This document shows, piece by piece, positions 1 through 10,606 of a stretch of DNA of 64,000 nt. The notes beneath the pieces are model-generated. The model did no database searches. It was not told the origin of the DNA and saw only the letters and a list, made by a program, of their open reading frames with translations. Position 1 is the first letter of the stretch. Every line of letters begins with the position of its first letter. Made by a program: the position numbers and the translations under genes. Origin of the DNA: Candidatus Hydrogenedentota bacterium (lineage in GTDB: Bacteria > Hydrogenedentota > Hydrogenedentia > Hydrogenedentales > SLHB01); the NCBI GenBank assembly GCA_045863335.1, contig BTVY01000026.1, forward strand, positions 1-64,000. Direction: 5' to 3'.

Positions 1-138
1 AAGAGAGCATTGCCACTTGACGAAAGAGCACCTAATGGGTGTCCCCATTTTTCATCGCAAGCACCGTGTGTTGACACACGAGATTCGAACCCATACGATC
101 AACTCTTGAAGGTAACTCCGGTTGTACAGGTGATACAC

Positions 139-2505
139 ATGTCTTTTACTCTCCCCCGGCCAAACACGAATCCTGCGCAGCGCGGGAATTTGCCGTTTCG
201 CATTGCCGCCCTCTTGGCCTGCGTCATTCTTTGTGCCCTTCCGGCCTTCGCGCAGCTTTCCCTTCCCGGAGCTGGAGACGCTCCAGAAATTGCGACCGAG
301 GCGGCCCCGGCGGAGCCGACCGTCGACGAACGGCTGGCCGAACTGCGCACGCAGGTGGATGCGCTGGACACGCGTATCGATGCGGCCGCGGCCGCCGAAA
401 CGCCCGAGCAGGCGGAACAACTCGGTGTCCCGCTTACGACGCTTCAGGAACACACACTCAGTCTGCGTCAACTGCGGAGCGTCTACCAAGATCAGATCGC
501 CGCACTCGAACAGCTCCACGAAGTCCGCCGAATGCGGGAGGATTTGGAGCGGGAGCGGACCGAGTATCAAGGCCCCGCTCAACCGCCGCCTTACACGCCC
601 TGGTTTGTGGATACTTTTCGCGATGCCGTGTCGGCCAAAGAAGTTCAGTTGGAATTGGACAAGCAGAGTCTGGCAATTGCCAAGAACCGGCTGACACGAA
701 CGCTAAGTGAGCAGTCAAAGGCGGAGGCGGCATTGGCGCAAGCGCGAAGCCAGGCGGCCGCGTCATCTGACCCCGCCGAACTCCGGAGTCTGGAATCAAA
801 AGTGCAATCCGCGCAGGCTGCGGTCCGACTGCTTCAGGCGACCGTCCCGCTACATGAGGCGCAGATTCAGGTTGCTCAGGAACGGGCGGCACTGCGGGAG
901 CAACAGCTCGAGTTTGAGCGAGAGAGACTTGCAGACGCGGAAGAACGCGAGCGGTACCGGGAAGAGGATCTCGAAACAAAGAAGGAAGAGCTTGCGTCCG
1001 CGCGCGAAGAGTTACAGGCGCGGTTGAACGAGGCCATCGAGGAGAAGGACGAAGCGCAGCGGGCCTTGACCGATGCGCGCGAGGCGCAGACCCAGGCGGC
1101 GAATGGGGAAACCGTTGCTCCAGCCGATTCGCTGGACCTCCTTCGGATCCGCGCCAATGCCGCCAACGACCGTGCGAAGATGCTCCGCGACCGATTTGAC
1201 TTCTTGCTCTACGAGGAGGAGATGTGGACCACGCGCTACAAGCTCCATCTCGGAATTGGCGAACTGACGGTAGCGGACGAACTCCAGCGCGCTCAGGACT
1301 ACGCCGACGGGCTCAATTCCATGCTTCAGACGCGAACCGCGGATCTGGAGGTGGTCCGGGCGGCACTCCGCGAGTGGGAACGAAAAGCCCGCGAACCAGA
1401 ACAAGCTGGAGACGCGAATTTGGCGCAACAGATTGTCCCCGTGCTTAACGGCCACCTGGACCTGTTTCGCTCCGGCTTGACCGCGCTCACGACCCAGCAG
1501 CAGGTGAACAAGCATTTGCTGGGAGATTTGCGGGAAGCGCAGGACCGCCTCTCCATTGGCGAGCGTATCCGGCAAGTGTGGGATGCGACGGCTCGCATCT
1601 GGTATCAAGAGCTGCCCATTAAGCTCGGGGACGAACCGCTGACGTTCCGGCAACTTGTGGTCGCCACCATCATTCTAATCGTCGGTATCGCGATTGTCCG
1701 CGTGCTTCGCCGGTACTTCCGCGCGCTGATGCGGTCGCGTACGCGTTTCGACGCCAATGCCACGGCAAGTCTGGAACGGCTGCTCTTCTATGTGCTCGTT
1801 ATCGTCATCGTTCTGGTCGCCATGAACATCGTGGGCATACCCCTCACGGCGTTCACGATCTTCGGCGGCGCGCTCGCCATCGGTATCGGGTTTGGCGCGC
1901 AGAACCTCATCAACAACTTCATCTGTGGCCTCATCCTCATGATGGAACGTCCCATCCGCATCGGAGACGTCGTCGAGGTGGACAACTATATCGGAACGGT
2001 CGACGAGATTGGCGCGCGCTGTTCCCGCTTGCGGCAGTTCTCCGGCATGGACATCCTCGTGCCAAACAGCATCTTCCTCGAGAAAACGGTCATCAACTGG
2101 ACCCTCTCCAATGCCAGAGTGCGTTGGGAGATTCGGGTGGGCGTGGCGTACGGATCGGACACACAGCTCGCTCAGGAACTTGTCTTGACGGCAGTACAAG
2201 AGCACGGACGCGTGCTGCAAGATCCGGAGCCGCTGGTCGTCTTCGCCGATTTCGGTGACAGCGCCTTGATATTCGAAGCATACTTCTGGCTCATCATGGG
2301 GCCCGCCACCGATGCCCGTGTGGTACGCAGCGACATCCGCCATCGCATCGATAAGCTGTTCCGGGAAGCGGGTATCGTCATCGCTTTCCCGCAGCGCGAC
2401 GTCCATCTCGATGTGACGGGACCGTTGGACGTGCGGGTAACGAACGGGAATCGGTCAAGCGACCAAGAATCAGCGACGAGGAGAGAGCGGGGGGAGATCG
2501 AATGA
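139..2505 (+). CDS. MscS-family (MscK-like) mechanosensitive channel with long periplasmic coiled coil
   Basis: Signal peptide, ~450 aa coiled-coil region, TM helices, then MscS core (GALAIGIGFGAQNLINNFICG, ERPIRIGD, VAYGSD, IAFPQRDVH). ATG 139 chosen over TTG 10. Confidence 0.9.
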   Translation: MSFTLPRPNTNPAQRGNLPFRIAALLACVILCALPAFAQLSLPGAGDAPEIATEAAPAEPTVDERLAELRTQVDALDTRIDAAAAAETPEQAEQLGVPLTTLQEHTLSLRQLRSVYQDQIAALEQLHEVRRMREDLERERTEYQGPAQPPPYTPWFVDTFRDAVSAKEVQLELDKQSLAIAKNRLTRTLSEQSKAEAALAQARSQAAASSDPAELRSLESKVQSAQAAVRLLQATVPLHEAQIQVAQERAALREQQLEFERERLADAEERERYREEDLETKKEELASAREELQARLNEAIEEKDEAQRALTDAREAQTQAANGETVAPADSLDLLRIRANAANDRAKMLRDRFDFLLYEEEMWTTRYKLHLGIGELTVADELQRAQDYADGLNSMLQTRTADLEVVRAALREWERKAREPEQAGDANLAQQIVPVLNGHLDLFRSGLTALTTQQQVNKHLLGDLREAQDRLSIGERIRQVWDATARIWYQELPIKLGDEPLTFRQLVVATIILIVGIAIVRVLRRYFRALMRSRTRFDANATASLERLLFYVLVIVIVLVAMNIVGIPLTAFTIFGGALAIGIGFGAQNLINNFICGLILMMERPIRIGDVVEVDNYIGTVDEIGARCSRLRQFSGMDILVPNSIFLEKTVINWTLSNARVRWEIRVGVAYGSDTQLAQELVLTAVQEHGRVLQDPEPLVVFADFGDSALIFEAYFWLIMGPATDARVVRSDIRHRIDKLFREAGIVIAFPQRDVHLDVTGPLDVRVTNGNRSSDQESATRRERGEIE

Positions 2506-4424
2506 TTCGGAGCGCGCTTGGACGTGGGATGCTTGGCTTCGGAGCCGTGTTGCTGCTCGTTGTCGGCGCCTACGCGCAGGACGATGAACGGATCTTGCGC
2601 TACCACAGCGATATCACGATCCACGAGGACGCGAGCCTCACCGTCGTGGAGACCATCACGGTGCAATGCGCCCGCGATCAGATCCGGCGCGGGATCTACC
2701 GCGATTTCCCCACGCGCTACCGCGGCAAATGGTACATGCCGATCCGCGTGAAGTTTGAGATTGTCAGCCTGAAACGCAACGGGAATCCGGAGCCGTACCA
2801 CACGGAAGACTTGTCAAACGGCGTGCGCACGTACTTCGGTAGCGAGAACGAACTGCTTTCCATCGGCGAGCATACCTACGAATTCACGTATCAGACCGAT
2901 CGCCAGTTGGGATTCTTCGACGAACATGACGAACTCTACTGGAACGTGACCGGTACTGATTGGGATTTTCCCATCGACGACACGAGTGCGACAGTTCACT
3001 TTCCCGGGCCTGTTTCGTCGTCAAGAATCTCTACCGACGGATATACGGGGCCACAGGGTTCCAAGGAACAGGCGTACGAAGCGCAAATCGCAAAGGACGG
3101 CACAGTCGAATTCCGGGCCACACGGCCATTGGCTCCGCACGAAGGGCTTACCATCGTCACCACGTTTCCCAAGGGCATCGTTCAGGCGCCGGAGCCGAAC
3201 GCCATCGCCAAGGAGATTGGCCGCGGCCTCTTGAAGGACTCGTCTCGTCTGACGGGGTTGCTGCTGGTATTCGCGTACTTCGTGATCGTGTGGTTCATGT
3301 TCGGCCGCGATCCGGCGCCGGGACAAATCGTGCCGCAATCCGCACCGCCCAAAGGCATCAGCCCTGCGGCGGCCCGGTACATCGAGCGCATGGGTTTCGA
3401 CAATATGGCGTTTACCGCAGCCCTTGTCAGCCTGTCGGTTAAGGGCTACGTCCGGATCGTTGAAGACGATGAAGACTACGTCATTGAGCAGGTGCGGCCT
3501 CCAACACCGGATCTGCCCGCGGAGGAGCGCAAGATCATGGAGAATTTGCTTCCCTCGGGTGCAGAGATTCGACTCATCCGCCGGAACCATTCCCGCGTAT
3601 CGGGCGCATTGACCGCCTGCAGTAAAGCCTTGAAGAGTGGCTTCCAAAAAACCTATTTCATCACCAATACGCGGTATTATCTGCCCGGGTTTCTCCTGTC
3701 GTTGACGGTTTTAGTCGGTGCGGTCTTGTCCTTGCCCAAATCCAATGGCGCACCGGTTATTTTTCTCTCGATTTGGTTGAGCATCTGGACGCTGGGTGTC
3801 GTGGCGCTTGCGACGCAGGTCTATACGTTGTGGCGCGGCGTGCTCACCGGCAAAGGCGGCATCTTCCAAGCCATTTTTATGACAATCTTCGCGACGCCCT
3901 TCTTCATCGCGGAGATTGTCGTGGGTGGCATCTTCGTCTACCAGGCGTCCTGGGTCGTCGTTGCCTTGATGATACTGCTGGTCGTCATGAACGTGGTTTT
4001 CTTCCGGCTTCTGAAGGCGCCCACCGGCCTGGGCCGAAAGACGCTGGATGCGCTGGAAGGCTACAAGCAATATCTGTCCGGCGAACGCTGGTCCCGCTAC
4101 GGCGGGACGCCGGAGGAAGTCACACCGGCCATGTTTGAAGAGCATCTTGCCTATGCCATCGCGTTCGGCATCGAAGACGATTGGTCGAAGCGCTTCGACG
4201 GCGTCCTCGGCGCCAGCAGCAACGATCCCGATGCCGGACGGCCCCATTGGTATCGCGGCAGCGGCTGGAATCATCGCAACCCCGCGCTATTCGCCACGGC
4301 ATTGGGCGCTTCGCTCTCCACGGCCGTTGCGTCCTCGTCTACGGCGCCGGGCTCCTCCTCGGGTTCCGGCGGCGGCGGCTCCTCCGGCGGAGGCGGCGGC
4401 GGGGGAGGGGGCGGCGGCTGGTAA
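2502..4424 (+). CDS. DUF2207 domain membrane protein
   Basis: ERILRYHSDITI, GIYRDFP, DELYWNVTGTDW, several TM helices, Gly-rich GGGGGGW C-terminus; ATGA overlap with the upstream gene. Confidence 0.88.
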   Translation: MIRSALGRGMLGFGAVLLLVVGAYAQDDERILRYHSDITIHEDASLTVVETITVQCARDQIRRGIYRDFPTRYRGKWYMPIRVKFEIVSLKRNGNPEPYHTEDLSNGVRTYFGSENELLSIGEHTYEFTYQTDRQLGFFDEHDELYWNVTGTDWDFPIDDTSATVHFPGPVSSSRISTDGYTGPQGSKEQAYEAQIAKDGTVEFRATRPLAPHEGLTIVTTFPKGIVQAPEPNAIAKEIGRGLLKDSSRLTGLLLVFAYFVIVWFMFGRDPAPGQIVPQSAPPKGISPAAARYIERMGFDNMAFTAALVSLSVKGYVRIVEDDEDYVIEQVRPPTPDLPAEERKIMENLLPSGAEIRLIRRNHSRVSGALTACSKALKSGFQKTYFITNTRYYLPGFLLSLTVLVGAVLSLPKSNGAPVIFLSIWLSIWTLGVVALATQVYTLWRGVLTGKGGIFQAIFMTIFATPFFIAEIVVGGIFVYQASWVVVALMILLVVMNVVFFRLLKAPTGLGRKTLDALEGYKQYLSGERWSRYGGTPEEVTPAMFEEHLAYAIAFGIEDDWSKRFDGVLGASSNDPDAGRPHWYRGSGWNHRNPALFATALGASLSTAVASSSTAPGSSSGSGGGGSSGGGGGGGGGGGW

Positions 4425-4439
4425 CCGCGCTGGACTAAG

Positions 4440-7010
4440 ATGGCGATAACCACCACTAAAGATAGGCTCGGCGGGCACGCGCTGCCTGAAGAGTACGCGC
4501 CCTTGGGCGACAAGTACGACGAACTCCACTCCGCTGACGGAACGGTGCGCGCGCAATGGGAGGCATATCTCCGCGAATTCCGTAGGCTAAGTGCCGACGA
4601 CCTCGTCCGGGGCCGCGGCCAGGCGGCTCGGCTCATCGAAGAGAACGGCGTCACGTACAACGTCTACGGCGACCCGCAAGGCGTCAACCGGCCCTGGGCG
4701 TTGGACCTGGTTCCCCACATCCTTTCGCCTGCGGACCGGACCGCTATCGAAGCAGGGCTCAAGCAGCGCGCAATACTGCTGAATTTGATTCTGTCCGATT
4801 TGTACGGCGCGCAGACGCTGGTCAAGGAGCGGCGCATCCCGCCGGAGTTTATCTTCGCGAATCCGGCGTTTCTGCGACCCTGTCACGGGCTCAAATCGCC
4901 GGACGACTCCTACCTTCAGTTCTATGCCGCCGACATGACACGGGGCGCCGAAGGCGAATGGTCGGTCATTTCCGATCGCACGCAGGCCCCGTCCGGCGCG
5001 GGTTATGCCCTGGAAAACCGCATCGTTCTCTCGCGGGTCTTTCCGAATTTGATTCACGACTGCCACGTGCAACGGCTGGCCTCGTTCTTCGAGCGCTTCC
5101 GCGAACGGTTGCGTTCCCTCGCGCCTCACAACCGCGAGAATCCCAACATCGTGCTGCTGACGCCGGGGCCCTTCAACGAAACCTATTTCGAGCACTCGTA
5201 CCTGGCGCGTTACCTCGGCTTCACCCTGGTCGAAGGGGAGGACTTGACGGTCCGCGACAACAGTGTCTTCTTGAAGACCCTGGAAGGGCTCGAGCGGGTC
5301 GACGTCATCTTGCGCCGCCTGGACGACCACTTCTGCGATCCCCTCGAGTTTCACAGCGAATCCACCATCGGCATTGTGGGGCTGCTGCAGGCGACGCATA
5401 GCGGCAACGTGGCCGTCGCAAATACCTTGGGTAGCGGCATCATCGAAGCCCCGGCCCTGCGCGCGTTGCTGCCTGATCTGTGCCGCGTGCTGTTGGGCGA
5501 AGACTTGAAGTTGCCATCGGTCAACACGTGGTGGTGCGCGAATCCCGAGCATCTGGCGTATGTGAAGGAGCACATCGGCGAACTGCACATCGAGTCCGCC
5601 TTCCCCATGCGGCGTCCTGAATCGGTGTCCGTTCCGGAACTACAAGCCACGGTGCGGGACGAATTGCTCCGCCACATCGAGTCGCGCCCGTATGCGTACG
5701 TGGCGCACGAGCCTGTCGAAGCGTCGACCGCGCCCGTGTGGACGAACGAGGGGTGGCAGCCGCGCTACATGGTCCTGCGCTCGTACGCGGTAGCAGGGGA
5801 AGCAGGCGCTTACCATGTGATGCCGGGGGGATTGAGCCGCTTCTCTGATTCCACCCACGCCTTGGCCCTTTCCATGCAACGCGGCGGCGGAAGCAAGGAC
5901 ACCTGGGTCATCGCCGAAGGTCCCGTGGATACGACGACGCTACTGCCAGCGCCGGGTCAGGCTATCGAGATCAAACGCGCGGTTACGAATCTGCCGAGCC
6001 GGGCGGCGGACAACCTCTTCTGGCTGGGCCGTTACTTGGAGCGTGCGGAAGGCACGGCACGGCGCGTGCGTTCCGTGCTGATTCGGTTGACCGACGAAAC
6101 GCGCGGCGCAACGGACAACGAGTTCCCCGCCATGCTCCGCGCGTTGGCGGAAGGGTTGACCGTGCATCCCAATGGCGCTAGCGCGCAGTCTTCCGACGCC
6201 GATGACGCGCTGGAAGACGAGATCCTGTCGGCGGTCTTCAATCCCCAATGGACCGGAAGCCTGCAAACTACCTTCAGTTCGCTCCACCGCGTCGCGTGGG
6301 TCGTGCGCGACCGCTTATCCGTGGACGCGTGGCGCATTCTCAACCGCGTTATGGAAGAACTTCCCATCGAAGTCGCGGCCGGACAACCGTCGCGACTGGG
6401 CGACGTTCTTCTCCTGCTGAACCAGATCATCGCGGGGCTTGCCGGCTTCAGCGGACTGACCATGGAAAACATGACGCGTGGTCTCGGCTACCGCTTTCTC
6501 GACATGGGACGCCGCATCGAACGCTGCATCAACATTCAGAACTTGTTGCGCACCTGCCTGATTGGCGCCGGGGCCGGAGAAACGCCTGTGCTGCAAATCG
6601 TGCTTGAGGTGTCCGACTCGGCGCTCACGTACCGTTCGCGATATGGCGTCAATCTCCAGACCCCCGCCGTGCTCGATCTGCTGCTCACCGATGACTCGAA
6701 CCCGCGCTCGCTGATCTTCCAGTTGGACGCGTTGAACGATCACCTCGGGCGACTGCCTGGCGAGAAGACGTATCCCTTCGCCAGCGCCGAGCAGCGGTTG
6801 GTAGCGCGCGCGCAGAGCGACGTGCGGCAACTCGATATCTTTCAGATCGCCCGGCCCAACGATTCCGGTCATCGCGCAAATCTTGCCGCGTTGCTGGCCG
6901 AACTGAGTCAATTGCTGCCCGACGTATCGGAATCGATCGCGCGCCACTACTTCAGCCACACCGGCACGCCGCGGCAAGTCGCCGCCAAGTCCAGCGAGCA
7001 TCCGGCATGA
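4440..7010 (+). CDS. Circularly permuted type 2 ATP-grasp protein fused to alpha-E (DUF403) domain
   Basis: NGVTYNVY, DRTQAPSGAGYALENR, DPLEF, VMPGGLSR, GGGSKDTWV; alpha-E ER motifs LGRYLERAE and MGRRIERC. Confidence 0.92.
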   Translation: MAITTTKDRLGGHALPEEYAPLGDKYDELHSADGTVRAQWEAYLREFRRLSADDLVRGRGQAARLIEENGVTYNVYGDPQGVNRPWALDLVPHILSPADRTAIEAGLKQRAILLNLILSDLYGAQTLVKERRIPPEFIFANPAFLRPCHGLKSPDDSYLQFYAADMTRGAEGEWSVISDRTQAPSGAGYALENRIVLSRVFPNLIHDCHVQRLASFFERFRERLRSLAPHNRENPNIVLLTPGPFNETYFEHSYLARYLGFTLVEGEDLTVRDNSVFLKTLEGLERVDVILRRLDDHFCDPLEFHSESTIGIVGLLQATHSGNVAVANTLGSGIIEAPALRALLPDLCRVLLGEDLKLPSVNTWWCANPEHLAYVKEHIGELHIESAFPMRRPESVSVPELQATVRDELLRHIESRPYAYVAHEPVEASTAPVWTNEGWQPRYMVLRSYAVAGEAGAYHVMPGGLSRFSDSTHALALSMQRGGGSKDTWVIAEGPVDTTTLLPAPGQAIEIKRAVTNLPSRAADNLFWLGRYLERAEGTARRVRSVLIRLTDETRGATDNEFPAMLRALAEGLTVHPNGASAQSSDADDALEDEILSAVFNPQWTGSLQTTFSSLHRVAWVVRDRLSVDAWRILNRVMEELPIEVAAGQPSRLGDVLLLLNQIIAGLAGFSGLTMENMTRGLGYRFLDMGRRIERCINIQNLLRTCLIGAGAGETPVLQIVLEVSDSALTYRSRYGVNLQTPAVLDLLLTDDSNPRSLIFQLDALNDHLGRLPGEKTYPFASAEQRLVARAQSDVRQLDIFQIARPNDSGHRANLAALLAELSQLLPDVSESIARHYFSHTGTPRQVAAKSSEHPA

Positions 7011-7888
7011 AGTACCGCGTGCGCCATACCACCCGCTACGACTACAGCGAGGAAGTGCCGATTTGCTACAACCAGGCCCGCCTCACCCCGCGCAACACGC
7101 CGCGACAGCAGTTGGTCTCGACCGCGCTGGAGGTGTTGCCGGTCACGCCTGTGCCCGGGCGTCGCCGCGAAGATTACTTCGGCAATGAGGTCACGTACTT
7201 CACCGTGCAGGAACCCCACAAGACCCTGTCTATCGTCGTGACCAGCGACGTGTTGGTGGCCGCGCAGACCAAGCCCGACCCCAAGGAAACCATGTCCTGG
7301 GACGCCGTTCGCGAGCACGTTGCAACCGCGCAGAAAGAGAACGCCATGCTCGCGTACCAGTTCGCCTTCGATTCGCTTTTCGCGCGGACGACGCCGGAAC
7401 TGGAGCGCTACGCGCGCGAGTCTTTTCCCGTAGGGCGGCCCTTATTGGAAGGCGTGCTGGATCTCACCCGCCGCATCCATGGCGAGTTCACCTACGATCC
7501 AACAGCGACTACCATCGCCACGCCGCTGGAAGAGGTTGTCCGGGCGCGGCGGGGCGTGTGCCAGGACTTCGCCCATCTCGAGATTGCGTGTCTTCGGGCC
7601 TTGGGTTTGCCCGCGCGCTACGTCAGCGGCTACATCTACGGCGGCAACGGCGACAACACGCACCCCCTCACCGGGGCCTGGGCGTCTCACGCCTGGCTGT
7701 CGGTGTTCGTGCCCGAGGTCGGCTGGGTCGACGTGGACCCCACCAACAACATGCTGCCCGAACGCGAACACATCACCCTCGCCTGGGGCCGCGACTATGA
7801 AGACGTCAGCCCCATCCGTGGCGTCGTCCTCGGCGGCGGCGAACACACCCTCACCGTACATGTCGATATCACCCGCCTCGAAGAGTGA
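7007..7888 (+). CDS. Transglutaminase family protein with bacterial N-terminal domain
   Basis: YRVRHTTRYDY, EDYFGN, catalytic GVCQDFAH / ASHAW / DPTN, GRDYEDVSP. Confidence 0.92.
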   Translation: MKYRVRHTTRYDYSEEVPICYNQARLTPRNTPRQQLVSTALEVLPVTPVPGRRREDYFGNEVTYFTVQEPHKTLSIVVTSDVLVAAQTKPDPKETMSWDAVREHVATAQKENAMLAYQFAFDSLFARTTPELERYARESFPVGRPLLEGVLDLTRRIHGEFTYDPTATTIATPLEEVVRARRGVCQDFAHLEIACLRALGLPARYVSGYIYGGNGDNTHPLTGAWASHAWLSVFVPEVGWVDVDPTNNMLPEREHITLAWGRDYEDVSPIRGVVLGGGEHTLTVHVDITRLEE

Positions 7889-7900
7889 CCCTCTATCTAT

Positions 7901-9052
7901 TCATCTTCTGGCGCCGATAGATTCCAGCGGAATTACGCTGAGCACGCTGTGGCGTTTCTCGGAGGTGTAGATGACGTACACGGCGCCGTCGTGTTCGACG
8001 GCGTAGGGATACGACCATTCCGGCCGAGCCTGTAACGCCGTTGACTCTCCATGTCGAATTTTCCACATGGAAACGAGGGCCTTCTCGCCGGGCCGGCTCA
8101 CCGCGATCGTAAGCATGGTCCGGTACGAGCCGGGCGATTCGGGATAGTTCCACAGGAAGCAACGCTGTCCGGTGCTGAGCGTCAATGCGAAGGGCTTGCT
8201 GTCTTCCGCGGGAAGGTTGTGCCGGAACGGTCCGGTCCACGTCCGGCCGTAGTCCCCGCTCGTGAATACAAGCCGCCCGCGCACGACAGCGGTCACGTCC
8301 GGCCCGTCCACCCAAACCGTGCTTTCGGGGTAGTTGGTGTGGGGCCGCGCGATGCTTTTCATCATCGGAACCACGTCCCACGCCGCCGTGACGTCGAGTC
8401 CAGAAGAAATGGCCACGGCGGGAATCTCCGGCGTGGTGGCGGGTTGAGACGCCATACGGCCCGCCATGAGGTAATGCCCGTCGTTCAAGAGTAGCGGTGG
8501 GCAGTTCGGCAGGAAAGGTCCCGCCACATAACCGCGAGAGGTCCATTTGTCCGCCGTCGCGTCGAGTCCGAAAACTTCGCAACGCGTGACAAGATCATGT
8601 CCCACCATGTTGGACACGAACGCAAACAATTGGTCGTTCCGCGACAGGAACGTCACGGGCACGTAGAAGATGCCTTGGCCGGTCTCGTCGGCCGCGATGA
8701 CCTCCACATCGGACCAGGTCTTGCCGCCGTCCGTTGACCGCCGTGACCGGATGCTTGACGAGTCCTGGATTTCCGCCTCCGGGCAGTTGTACCACGCGGC
8801 AAACAACGTGTCGCCGTGCCAAACCAAGGCGTTGTCGTGGAGGAACCGGTACTCCTCGTCGGCCCGGTGCACCACGACATCCCATACGTTCTCCGGATAC
8901 GCGAGTTCTTCCGGACCAGGCAGGGGAACCGCAGGATCCCACAAGGTGTACTCGCCGAGGACATGCGCCCCCGGCGCGTTTTCCGCAGCGAAGGCAATGC
9001 CACAGGACATCGCAAGGCAACCCATCGCAATGGCAATACTTCGGAAGCGCAT
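7901..9052 (-). CDS. Secreted sialidase-like BNR/Asp-box protein
   Basis: Signal peptide; Asp boxes STDGGKTW and SGDYGRTW; WSYPYA motif. Confidence 0.75.
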   Translation of the reverse strand: MRFRSIAIAMGCLAMSCGIAFAAENAPGAHVLGEYTLWDPAVPLPGPEELAYPENVWDVVVHRADEEYRFLHDNALVWHGDTLFAAWYNCPEAEIQDSSSIRSRRSTDGGKTWSDVEVIAADETGQGIFYVPVTFLSRNDQLFAFVSNMVGHDLVTRCEVFGLDATADKWTSRGYVAGPFLPNCPPLLLNDGHYLMAGRMASQPATTPEIPAVAISSGLDVTAAWDVVPMMKSIARPHTNYPESTVWVDGPDVTAVVRGRLVFTSGDYGRTWTGPFRHNLPAEDSKPFALTLSTGQRCFLWNYPESPGSYRTMLTIAVSRPGEKALVSMWKIRHGESTALQARPEWSYPYAVEHDGAVYVIYTSEKRHSVLSVIPLESIGARR

Positions 9053-9198
9053 CTACGGATCCCATTTCCAGAGTCACAGCGCGAGCGGATCGCTTCGCCC
9101 GGCAGCTAGCACGAAGCCATTTCCAGTCCGTTCCCAGGTCCGTCTGCCAAGAAAAATGACTCGTACCTTTGTAGTGCTTCGGCCTCCCGCGCCTTACC

Positions 9199-9229
9199 AA
9201 TCCGCAATCCGCAATCCGCAGTCCGCAAT
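9199..9229. repeat. Heptamer tandem repeat (AATCCGC)x4
   Basis: aatccgc aatccgc aatccgc agtccgc aat directly beside the stop of the sialidase-like gene. Confidence 0.85.
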
Positions 9230-10410
9230 TACTCCAGAATCCATTCCGGCGCGAACGCGGCGTGCTTGATGGTCTTGTTGTCGTCGCCTTCGTTGAAGGT
9301 ATACGTGATGTGGACGCGCCCATCGGCGCCTTCGACGAGTCCGGGATACGCATAGCTGCCTTCACGCGGTTCCGCCCGTTCCAGGTCGCGCTTCCACTTC
9401 CACGTCTTGCCTTCGTCATCCGACAGCGCCATAGTGAGCACGTGACGGCCCAGGTCGGCGTCGTTGAAGGCCATGACCCAGCGGCCATCCTTCAACGCGA
9501 TCACCGCGAGGCTCGATCCCGGATTCGGGATGTCCGTGTCGATGGCGGGCGTCCACGTCATGCCGTCGTCCTTTGATTCGCTCCAGAGCGCGCGCTTCGG
9601 CAGCCCGCCGCTGTCGCGCATGTAGGAGTAGAGCGTGCCGTCCTGCTTCCGCACGACCGCCGGCTGGATCGGCCCCAGCCCGACGATGGGCAAACTCGGC
9701 GTCCAGGTCTCGCCGAGGTCGTCCGAGATTGCCATGAGCGACATGTTGTACCCATCCGAATACAGCGGCAGCAAAATGCGGCCCGAGGGCAGCACGACGG
9801 GATTCTGCCGCGTCATCCAACCCTCTTCGCGTTTGGCCTTGTCCTTCGACGCCTCGATTACCTGTTTTGAATACGGTATCGCGTACTCCGCCCAGAGGTA
9901 CTCTGGCGGGTTTAATTCTTCGAAGGCCTCTTCGGTGGCCGTGACGAACTCATCGCCCGGCTTCAGCAGAATGGCGTCCTGCCACGTCCACTCCGGCGCG
10001 CCGTCGCCCGTGTAGTTTTCCGCGCGCCGGTATTTTAATAAGGAGTGCTCCCAGCCGTTCGCGCGCACCGCAACCCAGAAGAGCCAGAGCCGCTCCTTCG
10101 CATCGATGAAGAGGACCGGGTTGCAGTCCGGCGTGAACGGCGTGTCCGCCATAAGGAACGGTTCGCTCCACTCCGACGATCCCTGACGCATCCGCGCACC
10201 CTGGACCAGCACGTCATTCGAGTTCCGCTCGCCGGACCCGTAGAACCACGCGGCCAGCAGATCGCCGTTCGGACATTCCACTATCGTGCTGCCGTGGACG
10301 TGCTTGCTCTGTCCCGGGAAGATGAACTCCGACGTAAACGCCGCCTCCGCCCAAACCGGCCCCACCGCCAACACCGCCGCCACGATTCCCAATCCACATA
10401 GCTTCTTCAC
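9229..10410 (-). CDS. Secreted sialidase-like BNR_2 family protein
   Basis: GTG 10410 after GAGGAG; HVHGSTIVECPNGDLLAAWFYGSGE, Asp boxes SDDLGETW, SKDDGMTW, SDDEGKTW; SYAYP. Confidence 0.85.
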   Translation of the reverse strand: MKKLCGLGIVAAVLAVGPVWAEAAFTSEFIFPGQSKHVHGSTIVECPNGDLLAAWFYGSGERNSNDVLVQGARMRQGSSEWSEPFLMADTPFTPDCNPVLFIDAKERLWLFWVAVRANGWEHSLLKYRRAENYTGDGAPEWTWQDAILLKPGDEFVTATEEAFEELNPPEYLWAEYAIPYSKQVIEASKDKAKREEGWMTRQNPVVLPSGRILLPLYSDGYNMSLMAISDDLGETWTPSLPIVGLGPIQPAVVRKQDGTLYSYMRDSGGLPKRALWSESKDDGMTWTPAIDTDIPNPGSSLAVIALKDGRWVMAFNDADLGRHVLTMALSDDEGKTWKWKRDLERAEPREGSYAYPGLVEGADGRVHITYTFNEGDDNKTIKHAAFAPEWILE

Positions 10411-10496
10411 GATACGCTCCTCACAAGTTGAAGAATTGCCCGCCCCCAACCATAGCGCAAAACGGCCCTCTGGATCGATTAACCCACCGTTAAATG

Positions 10497-10568
10497 GCCG
10501 CAAAAGAACTCAGAGAACGCAAAAAAAAGAGGTGCTTTTCTTTTGCGCTCTTTGCGTTCTTTCGCGGC
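10497..10568. repeat. Intergenic imperfect inverted repeat (REP-like)
   Basis: gccgcaaaagaactcagagaacgcaaaa ... ttttgcgctctttgcgttctttcgcggc. Confidence 0.7.
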
Positions 10569-10606
10569 AATCAAGACTCCGTCAATACGCATCGAGAAGC
10601 GCTCGG

